Below, piece by piece: positions 1 to 11,182 of a DNA stretch of 56,641 nucleotides. Position numbers and translations under genes: made by a program. The notes under the pieces are model-generated. The model did no database searches. It was not told the DNA's origin and saw nothing but the letters and a program-made list of their open reading frames with translations. Positions within the stretch are counted from its first letter, which is position 1, and each line of letters begins with the position of its first letter. This stretch comes from a virus (Duplodnaviria > Caudoviricetes), in IMG/VR virus record IMGVR_UViG_3300044940_000530, positions 1 to 56,641 of that record; one strand, written 5' to 3'.

Positions 1-233
1 AAACAGCCCCGCAGGTATTGTGTTGCTTTCCTCCGCGATTTCCGCCCAGAGCGACCCATCAACCGCCACGAGAGGCACGTCCCCCGCCACTTCGGAGAGG
101 CGCTTTCCCAACTCAGCCAGGGCAGGGGTGCGCGCAAAGCGGACGAACAGGGTTTTGTAGGGGTTCTTCCTTTGCTGGACGGACCGGATGTTCTGATTCT
201 TCTCAAAGAACCGAGTCGCCTTGCTGCCCTTGG
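1..233. repeat. 233-bp terminal direct repeat, left copy (circular assembly overlap)
   Basis: Identical to 56409-56641 except T106 vs C56514. It lies inside a continuous reading frame. Confidence 0.97.
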
Positions 234-3200
234 AACCTTCCTGCTGATAGATGGTGACGACTTCCACGCCCTTTTTCAGCGACCCGAGCGTGCCGAGCAG
301 CAAGTCCGCGAATCCCTGCCGCTCCCTGCCACCGAAAATGCCGGGTTGGGTGCGCTTGCCAAGCTCTGCGGCTCCGCCTGCATCGCTGTCGCGCAAGCGC
401 TCGATGATCTGTTCGGGCGTGAGGTTTGAGATTCCGTCGAGATCGACCATGGCCGCGAAAGCGGATTCGCGGGCATCGAAGTCGCCTTCCCCGCTAGCGT
501 CGTCGGTCGCCCCGCCCGTGCCGAGTCCTGTGGCCTCCACTTCGGCGGTCTCGCGCAGCGTTTCAATCGCGCCGGTATAGTCCTCCGCAGCGATGAAGGT
601 TTCGACAGCCCGGAGATCGTTGACGACATCGGGATCGCGCGGGGCTTTCAGGGCGGCAGCCAACCAACGAAGCGTGGCGTTCGCCCCCGCCGTGGTCGGC
701 GCATCCACCGATAAGGTTTTGGCAGTGGCGCGCAACACCCCTGGCGTTAGCTTCTGATTCTCGGGCCGATCAAGAATCTTACGAACCGCCTGCTCGATGC
801 GCGCCACCCGCCGCGCGAAGGCTTCCGGCGATTCGGCACGGGGCGACGATGGGTTGTCCAGCAACGCATCCAGAATCCGCTGCGCCTGTTCGTCGCGCTG
901 CTTGCTGCGGTTCTCGACTTCGGCGTTGATCGTGCTCTGCGTTGCGGCTTCGATTTGATTCACCTTGGCGACCCACGCCTCGGATCGGCCTCGGTTGTCC
1001 CCGCCAACCGTTCCCTTGCTGGCGAACGACTCCAACTCCGTGAGCCATTTCAGTTCGGCGAGATTGGGGTTCTCCGCCTTCAGCGTGTCGAACACTTCTC
1101 GCGCTCTTCTGAGGATGCGGATAATCGCGTCTGTGCGGATTCTTCCGCTTGGGTCTCTATTAGTCGCTATGGCGCGGATGCGCCCGAGCACCTTGGCGGT
1201 CGCCTCCGGATCGCCGCGAAGTGCGGTTTCCATCTCCCTGTCGCTGACGCGCTCTTCGCCCTTTCCGGCACGGGCGGCGATGGTCTTTTCGCGCGCGGCG
1301 CGCGCGGCGGTCGCGGCTTCCGGGGACATCTTCGCGACCCGGCGCTCGAACTCGATATCGGCTTCGCGCTGCTTTCGCTGGTCGTTCAACTCTTTGATTT
1401 GTTTACGGATGCGAGCATCGACCTTTTGCGATACGAGTCGCATCAACGAACCGCCAGCGTCGGATTCTTTATTCGCGCGAATCTCCTCCCGCACGTCGGA
1501 GATGATTTCGTCAGCGATCTCCCGCGCGGTAGCCGTTGTGATGATTACGTCTCCGCTCTCGTTGTCGAACGGGCCGTTCACACGAGCAAGGGTTTCCTTC
1601 AAGCGCGCCTCGATGCCGGGGCGTTCGGATTCGAGGACCGCTTCGAGTCGCGACGGCGGGGTGCCGGGTTTCTTCTGTTCGACTTTTTGCTGGACCGCCG
1701 GTTTCGATGATGATGTGCGATTGTTTGGTGTTTGTTCCTGTGTAGTAGGACCTTCTTCCGTGATGGGAGGGTTTTCCTGCGCGCTGGTAGATGAAGTTTC
1801 AGGTTCAGGTTGTGTTCCTGAGGACGGCTCTACTACAGGTGGCGCAGAAGTCGGCGTTCCAGATTCCGTAGGTGGTGTTTCAGTGGTTGCCGCCCGCGCC
1901 TTTTCAGCCGCCGCGATGGCCTTACGGATATCGGAAACACTGGGCTGCCCATTTTTGGTGGTCGCCGGAATGGTATTCACATCGATGCCCAACTCTTTGG
2001 CACGAGCCAAAGCGGCCTCGCGGGCAGGAGAAGGCCGCGATGTGGGTGTGGGTGTGGGTGTGGGTGTGGGTGTGGGTGTGGGTGTGGGTGTGGGTGTGGG
2101 TGTGGGTGTGGGTGTGGGTGTGGGCGTGGGTGTGGGTGGTGTAGGCGGCGTGGGTTCGGGCGTGGGCGTGGGCGTGGGCGTGGGCGTGGGTGTGGGTGTG
2201 GGTGTGGGTGTGGGTGTGGGTGTGGGTGTGGGTGTGGGTGTGGGTGTGGGTGTGGGTGTGGGTGTGGGCGTGGGTGTGGGTGTGGGTGTGGGTGTGGGTG
2301 TGGGCGTGGGTGTGGGTGGTGTAGGCGGCGTGGGTTCGGGCGTGGGCGTGGGCGTGGGCGTGGGCGTGGGCGTGGGCGCTTGGTCGAGTGCCGCTTCCGC
2401 CTGTTCCGCCTGTGCGATGGCTTTGCGAATATCGGAGAGGTTCGGTCGCCCGCTCTTGGAAGTCGTTGGAATCGATGACAAATCGATGCCCAACTCCTCG
2501 GCACGCGCCAAAGCGGCGGCGCGGGTAAGCGGAACATTCGGCGTAACTCCCGACGCCTGCTGAGCCGCCTGAGAAGCTGCCGCGATGGCGGTCTCGCCCT
2601 GCGCGGCAGGGCGTGAAGAGCCACCGCCCGCCGCTGCGGCATTCAGGGCAGCAGCCTGCGCACTATCGACGGCAGGTGCAGGCGCCGTGCCGGGCGGAGT
2701 CCCTTCGGGCGGCTGCGCCAACGCCTCCTGCAACGCCTTGAGAGCAGCGGGGTCCATCGGCTGCTCGCCCGCCCGCTTGCGGCCGAAACTCGAATCACGA
2801 ACCCGGTTGGCCTCCGTTCCGGCTGGGGGGAGCGCACCCGCGATGCCGCCGAGCGTGCCGCCGAGAGTCGCGCCTGTCAGCGCCCCCGTGGCTACATCTT
2901 CGGCGAGATCGCGGAAACTGAAGTCCCTCCCATCGAGATTCTGAATCCCGAACTGAGTCGCGGTATTCTCGATGCCCGACTGTGCCGCCTCTTCCTTCAT
3001 TTCGGCAACGGCACCGCGCCGTGCCCCCGCGAACACGCCCCGCACGCCTCCCGTCGCAAGGCTGGCAGCGGCGGGGCCAGTGATGCCATACGCCACACCC
3101 GCTGAAAGCGCACCCGCGATCAGTGGATACGCTCCCGCCGCCTCCCGAAGCGTCTGGTCCAGCGCGTCGCGTTGACCGACACCACTCTCGATAAGCTCCC

Positions 3201-3786
3201 TGTAACGCGGAACGGTGTCCATCCGCGTCTGCTCGTCCATATTGAGAAACTCATCGACGATTCCCGACCATACGCCTCCCATGGACAGCGAACCGCCGAC
3301 ACCGCCCGCCGTGGCACCGGCACCGGCGGTGATGGCTCCCGCCGAAGCGCCTGCGGCAGCCATGCCACGGGCGACAAGCCCAGCAGGCAGCAGCGTCGCC
3401 ACGATGGAGGGCGCGGCCTCCAAAGCCTTTACGGCGACCGCGCCGAAAAAGGTTCCCACGCTGTCGTAAGCGCTCGGACCGTCGCCACCGGGGATGAACT
3501 CGCGTTGGCTGGCCGTTCTGAACGATTCGGAGCGGCGCCCAAGAATCTCCCCGGCGCGATCCCGCAGCCCTTCACGCGTGTCGGTGAACCACCCTCCGGA
3601 CCCGAACAGATATTCGCCCGCTCCGGCGAGGGAAGAACCAAGCCCCAGAACACCGCCCGCAAGCGACCGCCCCACATCGCCCAAGAATCCCGGTTCGGAT
3701 TCAGATTTACGGCGGATGGAGTCGATGCTGGGGGCGTCGTCGAATACGAACGTGCCGCGCCCTGTAGGAATCAGTTGTCCTGCCAT
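1..3786 (-). CDS. Giant internal virion/ejection polyvalent protein, N-terminal 1262 codons (continues across the contig end into 56408..52566; about 2542 aa in total)
   Basis: ATG at 3786 overlaps the TGA of the upstream gene. No in-frame stop was found by hand in 1-2520, and the ORF track lists no closed ORF from 3786. It has a Gly/Ala-rich N-terminus, two PSBD-like repeats and a PT linker, and is in frame with ORF 52566..56519. Confidence 0.9.
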   Translation of the reverse strand, partial: MAGQLIPTGRGTFVFDDAPSIDSIRRKSESEPGFLGDVGRSLAGGVLGLGSSLAGAGEYLFGSGGWFTDTREGLRDRAGEILGRRSESFRTASQREFIPGGDGPSAYDSVGTFFGAVAVKALEAAPSIVATLLPAGLVARGMAAAGASAGAITAGAGATAGGVGGSLSMGGVWSGIVDEFLNMDEQTRMDTVPRYRELIESGVGQRDALDQTLREAAGAYPLIAGALSAGVAYGITGPAAASLATGGVRGVFAGARRGAVAEMKEEAAQSGIENTATQFGIQNLDGRDFSFRDLAEDVATGALTGATLGGTLGGIAGALPPAGTEANRVRDSSFGRKRAGEQPMDPAALKALQEALAQPPEGTPPGTAPAPAVDSAQAAALNAAAAGGGSSRPAAQGETAIAAASQAAQQASGVTPNVPLTRAAALARAEELGIDLSSIPTTSKSGRPNLSDIRKAIAQAEQAEAALDQAPTPTPTPTPTPTPEPTPPTPPTPTPTPTPTPTPTPTPTPTPTPTPTPTPTPTPTPTPTPTPTPTPTPTPTPTPEPTPPTPPTPTPTPTPTPTPTPTPTPTPTPTPTPTPTPTSRPSPAREAALARAKELGIDVNTIPATTKNGQPSVSDIRKAIAAAEKARAATTETPPTESGTPTSAPPVVEPSSGTQPEPETSSTSAQENPPITEEGPTTQEQTPNNRTSSSKPAVQQKVEQKKPGTPPSRLEAVLESERPGIEARLKETLARVNGPFDNESGDVIITTATAREIADEIISDVREEIRANKESDAGGSLMRLVSQKVDARIRKQIKELNDQRKQREADIEFERRVAKMSPEAATAARAAREKTIAARAGKGEERVSDREMETALRGDPEATAKVLGRIRAIATNRDPSGRIRTDAIIRILRRAREVFDTLKAENPNLAELKWLTELESFASKGTVGGDNRGRSEAWVAKVNQIEAATQSTINAEVENRSKQRDEQAQRILDALLDNPSSPRAESPEAFARRVARIEQAVRKILDRPENQKLTPGVLRATAKTLSVDAPTTAGANATLRWLAAALKAPRDPDVVNDLRAVETFIAAEDYTGAIETLRETAEVEATGLGTGGATDDASGEGDFDARESAFAAMVDLDGISNLTPEQIIERLRDSDAGGAAELGKRTQPGIFGGRERQGFADLLLGTLGSLKKGVEVVTIYQQEGSKGSKATRFFEKNQNIRSVQQRKNPYKTLFVRFARTPALAELGKRLSEVAGDVPLVAVDGSLWAEIAEESNTIPAGLF
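2041..2378. repeat. (GGGTGT/GGGCGT)n hexamer repeat encoding a Pro-Thr linker, with a 180-bp higher-order duplication
   Basis: About 55 hexamer units. The interrupting block GGTGGTGTAGGCGGCGTGGGTTCGGG recurs at about 2135 and 2315. Confidence 0.97.
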
Positions 3787-6008
3787 CAGGGCACCTCACG
3801 CGGCATGCGCGGCGCACGCGGCATGACGGTGTTTGGATCAAGGCTTGGCGCATCGGCGATGCCGGGGGGAAGCGCGCGACGTGGTTGCGGGGTCACGATA
3901 ACAGGCTGTTGCGTTGGCGTGCCGGGTGCGCCGGGCGCGGCGGGCGTGCCGCGCAAAGACGCACGCCCCGCTGCGGGAGCCTGCGTGGCGGGGGCCTGCG
4001 TGGCGGGGGCCTGCATGGCGGGTGCCATCGGTTCGTTAGGATTCGGGGGGGCTGGCAAAGATGGCCCAAACCCTTCCGGAACAAGAAGCCTCGGTGCCCC
4101 CTCAATATTGAACCTGTAGGGTTCGCGGTTTTTGTATTCAAACGCCTTCCCGCGTTCCCGCACGGGGAGCGAATAATACGCCGCAAGGGTTGCTGTGATC
4201 TGATTGGCATCCGATCTGGGATTCAGCGCGTAGAACGACACTGCCCATTTATTGACATTATCCCGTATCTCGCTGGTTGGCATCATGCCATCCAAAACTC
4301 TGTTCACTGCGCTACTGAACTTATTGATTTGCTCGATGGTTATCTGATTTTCGCGCAGCGCCAAAGCGGCAGTAGTGTTCGCCATCCGCTGTTCCTGCAA
4401 CTCAAGCTGCCGATTCCACATATTAATCCTTGCGTTGATCTCGTTGATTCGATCTTGGGTCAATCGCCCCTTGTTTTGTTCAAGTTCGGCTCGCGCTTCG
4501 GCAAGTTTAGCCTGCGCCTTCTGCCTCTCGGCGCGAACCAGCATCATCTCCCGCTCGAACGCCTGCTGGTTCATGCGCGCCATCCGCTCTACGATGCGGC
4601 GATTGGTTTCCGCAGGCGCGACGGCGAGTGCTTCGTTCAGCCTGGAAGAAGCCGCAGCGAGAGCTGCCTTGGTCTCGTCAGTCGGCGCGGCTTCGTGCGC
4701 ACGTTCGGCGCTCATGACAGCCTGGAATGCTTGTTCCGCCGCGTCGGCCCGTCGTGCCTCATCGGCTTGGCGGTCCCGTTCAGCCCGACGAGAAGCGGAA
4801 TCCTCGGCGGCGCGCATATTATCGAAAATCGTATTCTGCGCGGTTACACCAGCACGAGAAATGGCGGCGTCGAATCGAGCCGTGAGGTCTCTAAGCTCTT
4901 GTTGGAGCGTATTTTTCTGCTCTTCTGAAAGCGGCTGCCGAAGCATTTGCTGAACCTGAGCAATACGCTCGCCGATTGGGAAGGCCTCTCTCGCGGCGTC
5001 TTCCTCGGTGATTCGCCGGTCGAAAAGAATCTGATTGCGCCCTTCGGCCGCTTGCGCCCGGCTTTCGGCACGGAGTGCAAGTTCGCGCGCCTGCGCAGCG
5101 GTAGCAAGCGTAGAATCAGACTCCCGCCGCCTCATCTCGTATTCAAGCGACCACTTCGGATCGAGCATGCGAAGCGCGAACTGCTCTGCCTGTTGCGGCG
5201 TCACTCGCGTTCGCGTGACCTGATCCGGATTCGTCTCGCTCTGACGAGTCATCATGATTCCGCCGCGCCCATCGGGCTGGAATTGCGTGCGGATTCCATC
5301 CGGGACGTATTGCTGCCCCGCGTTGAGCGCGCGCGTCGCCGTATCGAGATCGCCAGCGCTCATGGCCGCGACAGCCATCGAAACCGTCGCCTGCAACCCT
5401 CGGATTCGCTGGCGTTCCGTGTTCTGCAAAACCTGATTAAGCTGTTCCGGTGTCGCGCCGTTGCGGCGATAAAGTTCGACCAACTGCTCCAAGTAGGCGT
5501 TCCAATTGGCGCGGGTGATGGGCGCGCTTGGCGGCGCGCCGCTTGCCTGCCGCACTTCGCCCAGCAGCGCCGCCCCGCGTTCCAAAGGGCGCTCTCCCGG
5601 CAGTGGCGCGCCGACCGGCACCTCGGGGCGGGAAGCGATCATCCGCCGCACGGGGTCGGCGGGTTGTTCGTTGGAAAGCGGAGTCTGGGAAGGTGAGGTC
5701 TCGGAGGAGGGAGGCGATCCCTCCTCCCCTCGCGGGCTGCCGGGCGGCGCGAGGCTCGCGCTGGACGAGGATGCAGCGCGAGGAGATTCCGGAAGTTCGG
5801 AAGAATCCTCAGGAGCGATTCCGAAACTGCGTTGAAGCGCGAGAGTTCCCCGCTGGATGTTCTCTTGATTCCTGTTCTCGCGTTGCGCGGCAATGGCTTG
5901 TTCTCTCGCGAACGCGGCCTGATTGGCATCACGCATGCCCCGCGTGACGGCACCGAAGCTCGAAAAGAAGTCGTCCAGTTCGGAGTCGTAGCCTCGGCGG
6001 TATCTCAT
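3786..6008 (-). CDS. Internal virion (ejection) protein, 740 aa, coiled-coil rich
   Basis: Long Ala/Arg/Gln-rich helical ORF between the small ejection protein and the giant protein, the typical position in podovirus gene order. Confidence 0.7.
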   Translation of the reverse strand: MRYRRGYDSELDDFFSSFGAVTRGMRDANQAAFAREQAIAAQRENRNQENIQRGTLALQRSFGIAPEDSSELPESPRAASSSSASLAPPGSPRGEEGSPPSSETSPSQTPLSNEQPADPVRRMIASRPEVPVGAPLPGERPLERGAALLGEVRQASGAPPSAPITRANWNAYLEQLVELYRRNGATPEQLNQVLQNTERQRIRGLQATVSMAVAAMSAGDLDTATRALNAGQQYVPDGIRTQFQPDGRGGIMMTRQSETNPDQVTRTRVTPQQAEQFALRMLDPKWSLEYEMRRRESDSTLATAAQARELALRAESRAQAAEGRNQILFDRRITEEDAAREAFPIGERIAQVQQMLRQPLSEEQKNTLQQELRDLTARFDAAISRAGVTAQNTIFDNMRAAEDSASRRAERDRQADEARRADAAEQAFQAVMSAERAHEAAPTDETKAALAAASSRLNEALAVAPAETNRRIVERMARMNQQAFEREMMLVRAERQKAQAKLAEARAELEQNKGRLTQDRINEINARINMWNRQLELQEQRMANTTAALALRENQITIEQINKFSSAVNRVLDGMMPTSEIRDNVNKWAVSFYALNPRSDANQITATLAAYYSLPVRERGKAFEYKNREPYRFNIEGAPRLLVPEGFGPSLPAPPNPNEPMAPAMQAPATQAPATQAPAAGRASLRGTPAAPGAPGTPTQQPVIVTPQPRRALPPGIADAPSLDPNTVMPRAPRMPREVP

Positions 6009-6032
6009 GGACGGTTCCCCTATTGCACGGAA

Positions 6033-6902
6033 TCAAGGACCGCGAAGAGCGTTGAAGATGCTGCCGCCGATGGTGTTCGCCCACCCACCCGCAGGCAGGG
6101 GTGAGAGTGCGAGTCCTGCAACACCACCCAGAATCGACCCGATCCCGCTGCCGCCACGGCGCATGGCGTTCGCCTGGATGGCGGCGTTGTTCATGCTCGC
6201 GACCTGATTTCCCCAGTTGCCGAGCGCTTGATTCGATAGGCCCTGCCACTGGACGCCGGTCCCCATGGTATTCGCTCCCGACGCGGTGGCCGCAAGCCCG
6301 GCACCCACGGCACCCTGGCCCGCGTTCTGCGCGGTCTGATACGCCTGGGCAATGGCACCGGGGTATCCGCGCCCGATGTTGATCGCCTCGCCCCGGAGTG
6401 CCCGCCCCGTCGCTTCGGTTTGCAGGCGGGCGTTGTTCGCCGCACCCGCCGACGCGGCGGCCTGTGCCGTTCTGGCCGCGCGATCCAACGCGCCCGCACG
6501 GGCTGTTGACGGGTCGATCCCGAAGGATTCAAGGTTCGCCAGCGCCGCCCTTCGTTGGGCGTCGAACGCCTGCGCCACATCCGCTTGCGCGCGGCCCGCT
6601 TCGAGGTCCATGCGGCCGGGCGTCGCGAAGTCCCTGGATTCGGCGATAAGCTGATCTTCGATGGGCTGAAATACCCGGTTGTAGCGCTCGCGCTCGGCGA
6701 CACCCGCAGCGGATTCGGCTTCGAGCGTCGGCATCAGCACATTGATCACACGGTCCACAAGCTGGCGATCCATGGCGTATTGCTCGCGCGCCCAAGCAAG
6801 CTGCTCGCGCGCGACTTCGGCGCTGATCTGCGCGGCCTCCCGGTTGGCCTGCGCAACCGGAGTGTAGTCAGGAGCCGACGCCCTACCGCCTTTTCCGCCC
6901 AT
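6033..6902 (-). CDS. Internal virion / DNA ejection (pilot-like) protein, 289 aa
   Basis: MGGKGGRASAPDYTPVAQA N-terminus, Ala/Gly/Gln-rich, directly after the GNAT gene. Confidence 0.75.
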   Translation of the reverse strand: MGGKGGRASAPDYTPVAQANREAAQISAEVAREQLAWAREQYAMDRQLVDRVINVLMPTLEAESAAGVAERERYNRVFQPIEDQLIAESRDFATPGRMDLEAGRAQADVAQAFDAQRRAALANLESFGIDPSTARAGALDRAARTAQAAASAGAANNARLQTEATGRALRGEAINIGRGYPGAIAQAYQTAQNAGQGAVGAGLAATASGANTMGTGVQWQGLSNQALGNWGNQVASMNNAAIQANAMRRGGSGIGSILGGVAGLALSPLPAGGWANTIGGSIFNALRGP

Positions 6903-6905
6903 GAG

Positions 6906-7379
6906 TCATCCCCGCACGGTTCGGAGCCGTAGCCGAAGCCATCGGCAATCATCACGAGCCATTGTTACCACCACTCCCGGACCGGACACAAACATCTCCG
7001 GAAGAACCGCCTCCACGCGGAAGCCGAGCCGGAGATCAAAACTGAGAGCGTGTTCGTTGGCTTTTTCCACCAACCCGAAGATTCGCCGGTATCCCAACTG
7101 CACGAACGGGTAGTGGAACGTGGCGGCCAGCATGTCGTGGGTGATCCATCGCTCATGCCGACCGGCCACATGGAGCCAACACGAAGCACCCGTGTGGTTC
7201 GTGAATATGACCCCGCCAGCGACGCGATTCATCGAATCGCCTGAACCGTCCGAACCATCCAGGGCTTCCGAATCCTCGACGACACCGATGGTGGTATCCA
7301 GATCGGGGTTGTAGCCGCACTTCGCGCGCTCGGCGACGAACCTGCCGACCAAGGGAGAATCGAATACGAGCCTGCGCAT
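6906..7379 (-). CDS. Phage GNAT-family acetyltransferase
   Basis: FHYPFVQLGYRRIFGLVEKANEHALSFDLRLGFRVEA fits the GNAT C-terminal motif. SD GAGG precedes ATG 7379. Position before the ejection genes is as expected. Confidence 0.8.
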   Translation of the reverse strand: MRRLVFDSPLVGRFVAERAKCGYNPDLDTTIGVVEDSEALDGSDGSGDSMNRVAGGVIFTNHTGASCWLHVAGRHERWITHDMLAATFHYPFVQLGYRRIFGLVEKANEHALSFDLRLGFRVEAVLPEMFVSGPGVVVTMARDDCRWLRLRLRTVRG

Positions 7380-7387
7380 GGCCGTCC

Positions 7388-7885
7388 TCAAGTCGCATCG
7401 CGTGTGACGGTAGTGCGCACGCTTCCGGTCATCGAAGCGGTTACGCGCGCTTTGGTGTCGTTCACGTCGCGGAAAGTCACGGTGGCGTTACCGCCTCCAA
7501 GGTCCACAATGGTGGTCTTTCCGAAGTTGACCGCTGCCAGAAGCCGAATCGCCTGCCGCAACGTCATCCCCGATTCTATGGGCGCATCAAGAATCGCGGT
7601 CGCCACATCGTCCTGAGTCAGCGCATTGACGCGAACCACGGCGAGAGCTCTGCCCCGCGCCCTCGGAGCGGCACGCACCACTTCGGCGACACCCGCGATG
7701 ACGGCAGGGCGGTTGACGAGCCGTGTGCCGCGAGCGAAGGTGACGGCCCCCGATGCCGTAGTGACACCTCCCGCACGCGCCTCGCCATTCGCACGCGCGG
7801 ACTCGACAACCCCAACGCATGTAGTAACCGTCGCGGCCGCGCCGGGACCGTTCCAATGAAGGTTGGCGAGCGATGCGAGCGGCAT
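7388..7885 (-). CDS. Putative virion structural protein
   Basis: Translationally coupled ORF in the late operon; Thr/Val/Ala-rich. Confidence 0.6.
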   Translation of the reverse strand: MPLASLANLHWNGPGAAATVTTCVGVVESARANGEARAGGVTTASGAVTFARGTRLVNRPAVIAGVAEVVRAAPRARGRALAVVRVNALTQDDVATAILDAPIESGMTLRQAIRLLAAVNFGKTTIVDLGGGNATVTFRDVNDTKARVTASMTGSVRTTVTRDAT

Positions 7886-8505
7886 CAGTCAGGCTCGACG
7901 GAAAAATGCACCAGCACCGCAAAGGAACCCGCCGTGACGTTTGTCACCTGCCGGATGGCGACGGCTTCGCCAGGACGGATGGCTTTCGGCCGCGCATAAG
8001 GGTGCGCCTCCCCAAGGAAGTTAATGGTATCCACCAACTGCTGAACGTTACCCGCAGCAGCAGTATGCTCGTCCGACGACAAGAGGATGGGACGAAGAAT
8101 CTGTCCGTCCGTCAAACCCGCCGTCACCGTATGGCCTGCCGTCACACCCGCAAGCGCCGGGTCCGCCGTGTTGAAGGCGAACGGAGTGAGCGTCGTCATG
8201 GTCGGCGTCCCCGACACACGCCGGAAATCGAATCTTACGGCACCGCCCGCGATGCCTGCGATCTGGACGTTGATCATATACAACGCCAAAAGCCACACCG
8301 TCTGATTCGAGCCAGTGTCATTACGAAGATAGAGGTGGTATTTGTTCGCCGCGAGCGTGCTGGCATCGTTGAACACCCCATATGTCGGCAGGCCGTCGTA
8401 ATACACACCTTGGCTGTGCATCACATCCGATCCAACAGTGTAGGACCGCATTGCCAGCTTGTCGCCCGTCGAGTCCGGAGGGACCTGGGTGAACGTGCGT
8501 GTCAT
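7885..8505 (-). CDS. Putative virion structural protein, 206 aa
   Basis: Coupled ORF in the late operon; beta-rich composition. Confidence 0.6.
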   Translation of the reverse strand: MTRTFTQVPPDSTGDKLAMRSYTVGSDVMHSQGVYYDGLPTYGVFNDASTLAANKYHLYLRNDTGSNQTVWLLALYMINVQIAGIAGGAVRFDFRRVSGTPTMTTLTPFAFNTADPALAGVTAGHTVTAGLTDGQILRPILLSSDEHTAAAGNVQQLVDTINFLGEAHPYARPKAIRPGEAVAIRQVTNVTAGSFAVLVHFSVEPD

Positions 8506-8508
8506 GAA

Positions 8509-8943
8509 TCAGTCCTCCACCATGACGAGAGTGCCCGCAGGAAAGCGCGGCGTAATCAGATTGGTGATCGACAACGCCGCAGTCAGCGCACCCTTATACA
8601 GAATCTGCCCGGTCGCCACGACCGACACGCTGACATGCGTGATCGTGTTCGACCCTCCGGTGCATTCAGGAAAGGTGATCTCGGCGGTGTTCTTCATCGC
8701 CGGACCTGCGGAATCGGCCGGAAAGGGATCGGTCGCCGCGCAGTTGGTCCATCCCGTCGTGTCACGCGGCACCGTCACTGGCGCATATCCCGTGTAGTTG
8801 GCGGCGTTTGTGGTCGCAGTCCCCGCTTCGCCAGGATCAGCGGTATGAAGGTTGACCTGCAAAACCGACCCATACGAAGGCATCGCCACGTTGTTGAAGA
8901 TGAACCGGACGATATCGTTCTCGGTCTGGTTGCTCTTGCTCAT
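8509..8943 (-). CDS. Small tail/fibre-associated structural protein (paralogue of 11964..12332)
   Basis: LHTADPGE...YTGYAPV...NTAEITFP...TITH...LYKGAL...PRFPAGTL pattern, common in phage tail-fibre-like small proteins. Confidence 0.7.
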   Translation of the reverse strand: MSKSNQTENDIVRFIFNNVAMPSYGSVLQVNLHTADPGEAGTATTNAANYTGYAPVTVPRDTTGWTNCAATDPFPADSAGPAMKNTAEITFPECTGGSNTITHVSVSVVATGQILYKGALTAALSITNLITPRFPAGTLVMVED

Positions 8944-8946
8944 GGT

Positions 8947-9309
8947 TCACCACCCAGAGGGAAAGTAGCTGTTGCCGGAACCACCGGAAGGCACGTTCGC
9001 CCACTCGGTCACGAAGTTGACGTTGCTCGCCTTGCGCAAAAACTGTCCAGTGGTGCCTCCCGGCGGAACACCAACCCCCGGAGGGCCAGGAGGACCAGGG
9101 GGACCGGGAGGACCGCCGCCACCCCCACCCCCACCCCCCGAAAAATCGATCTCCGCCAGGACCTCGGACAACCGTTGCTCCGTCACAGCCGCATCGGCGG
9201 ATCGCCCGCGCACGCCGAGCAACACTTCGAGCGCCTCGATAGTCGCGCGCAACGACACCAGCAACGAGCCGAGATTCAAAACCGGGCGAGGAATCGCTGG
9301 CCGTGTCAT
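8947..9309 (-). CDS. Tail-associated protein with a short collagen-like (GPP)n segment
   Basis: GGGGGGGG-PPGPPGPPGPPG-VPPGGTTGQFLRKAS motif; overlaps the stop codon of the nozzle gene. Confidence 0.7.
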   Translation of the reverse strand: MTRPAIPRPVLNLGSLLVSLRATIEALEVLLGVRGRSADAAVTEQRLSEVLAEIDFSGGGGGGGGGPPGPPGPPGPPGVGVPPGGTTGQFLRKASNVNFVTEWANVPSGGSGNSYFPSGW

Positions 9310-11177
9310 ACCGTCCTAAGCTCCTTGCCGTTCTCGGCCAAGGCAAGCGACAAGACCGGCACGCGGGTCTTGATCTGAACCTGCCAGAGATCGCTCTTGA
9401 ACCCGGACGGGAGGCGATACATCCGCCCATCCTGCACCGGCCCCTGCCATACAAGGTTCCCATTGGCATAGACGAACACGAACGTGCCGATCCCTGGCGG
9501 CAGATTGCTCAGGACGGGCACGGGGTTCAGTCCGAACCAGTAGGGGAACCCATTCGCATCCGGGTTGCCCGGTGGAGGTGTTCCGGTTTCCGGGGCCTCG
9601 TTGATGATCGTCGAGTTGAAGAGCGTGTAGTTGAAGATGCATGCTTGGTCGAGCCATGGTCCGCCCGTGGGGGGCGATTCTTCTTCAATGGGCGAATCGC
9701 CGATATCCCCAACGTCGAACCTCGTATCCGTCCGCACCTTCAACGCACCGAAGTTGACCGGAGTCGGGACTTCATACTCGCGCGACAACCAATCCGCGAC
9801 ACCGAACACCGCACGCGGGCTGCCCCACTGATACACGGTGTTGTCGGCCATGAAATGGACTTCGCCCGTATAGGAATCCGTCCATATGGACTCGATCTCG
9901 GGGAGATTCACCAGATCGACAAGGCCGATCTCGCGATTCGTAAGATCAAGCTGATAGCCGCGCCTTTGGGTGCGAATCGCGAGAAGCTGACCGTCGAAAA
10001 GCGCCCCTCCGATGAACCCCGTGGCGTATCGACGCTGCCACTCTTCCTGCCCGATCACGTTTTCCGTTGCGTTGATCATGCCGCCCGGAGAAATGAGAAT
10101 CAATCCAGTAGCGCCAACGTAGAACACCCCCTGTGGCGTCGGGATGGCACCGTTCGGACTGGCGCAAGGCTCGACGGTTTCGGTGGATTCCTGGCTGATG
10201 TTGGCGGGCGAGTTGCCGGTGATCAGCACCGGGCTGACGGTTGTCAGCGCGACAAACGTCTGGCCGAGAACGGAACCCGCGACAACCTCGTTGGCGACAG
10301 AAGTGATGTATTCGGCAGGCCACGCATGCGGGCGATACGGCTCGCTGAAGAACACGTCCTTGCCGCGCCATGCCACGAAGAACCCATTCGGCATCTCCGT
10401 GAAGCCCTCGAACTCTTCGGGTTCGCGCCACGAAGCGCTAGGCAGAATCAAGGATTCCGCCGCAACTTGCGAATCGGTTCGTGTGTCGGTGTAGGTCGTA
10501 GTGGTGATGGGCACGTCAGCGACACGAAAAAACTGCGTGCCTAGCTGTCCTGTGATGCTGCGGTAGATACGAAAGCTGACGATACCGCGAACAGCGGCGT
10601 CCACTCCCTGCGGCAACGCAAGTCCGCTGATCGTCCAGTCGCCGGTGATATTGCCCGACGTGGTGGTGGCTGGCGACGGCTGCCCTTCCTCGCCAAAAAC
10701 ATTGACGAGCGTATAGACATACGCCCTCGTAACAACAGGAGCGGCACCGCCCGTAACGGTGACGAGGGGCGCGTCCTCCGGCGCGGGGACGCCGAGCAGA
10801 TAGGGCGGATCGCCGTTCTTGATGCGCGCGAAGCTGTTCTGGACCAACCGTTGGGGCGAACCAGGGCCGTTGTTGTCCAGCCAGATGAACCGCCGGAACG
10901 CATCGTTCACCAGCGGATTCCGATACATGGTCGCGAATCGCGACACGAACGGCACCCACACGGGGGTTTCGGGATCATCAGGGTCAGGAAGCCGGACGGC
11001 ACGGCGATATACCGTTGGGTCTTCAAACTCGTGCAAACGCACGGCGGAACGGATCGGCCGCAGTTCGCCGGACTTCAAATAGGCGTTGGTCACAACCTGC
11101 GCCATCATCTCGGGCAGCAGTCGCCGCGAAATCAGCGGGGCTGATCCCCCGAACCGGCTGATTTTCATCGCGGTCAT
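9306..11177 (-). CDS. Tail tubular protein B / nozzle-like protein, 623 aa
   Basis: ISRFGG..P..SRRLLP N-terminus, RAYVYTLVN.FGEEG.PS and FSEPY.PHAWP motifs; size and position fit a podovirus nozzle. Confidence 0.75.
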   Translation of the reverse strand: MTAMKISRFGGSAPLISRRLLPEMMAQVVTNAYLKSGELRPIRSAVRLHEFEDPTVYRRAVRLPDPDDPETPVWVPFVSRFATMYRNPLVNDAFRRFIWLDNNGPGSPQRLVQNSFARIKNGDPPYLLGVPAPEDAPLVTVTGGAAPVVTRAYVYTLVNVFGEEGQPSPATTTSGNITGDWTISGLALPQGVDAAVRGIVSFRIYRSITGQLGTQFFRVADVPITTTTYTDTRTDSQVAAESLILPSASWREPEEFEGFTEMPNGFFVAWRGKDVFFSEPYRPHAWPAEYITSVANEVVAGSVLGQTFVALTTVSPVLITGNSPANISQESTETVEPCASPNGAIPTPQGVFYVGATGLILISPGGMINATENVIGQEEWQRRYATGFIGGALFDGQLLAIRTQRRGYQLDLTNREIGLVDLVNLPEIESIWTDSYTGEVHFMADNTVYQWGSPRAVFGVADWLSREYEVPTPVNFGALKVRTDTRFDVGDIGDSPIEEESPPTGGPWLDQACIFNYTLFNSTIINEAPETGTPPPGNPDANGFPYWFGLNPVPVLSNLPPGIGTFVFVYANGNLVWQGPVQDGRMYRLPSGFKSDLWQVQIKTRVPVLSLALAENGKELRTV

Positions 11178-11182
11178 GAAGA

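Noticed and set aside
965-2563. 532-aa plus-strand ORF with (GV)n and other repeat-derived ORFs (VW, HP)
   Set aside because: Shadows of the minus-strand giant gene and its PT repeat.
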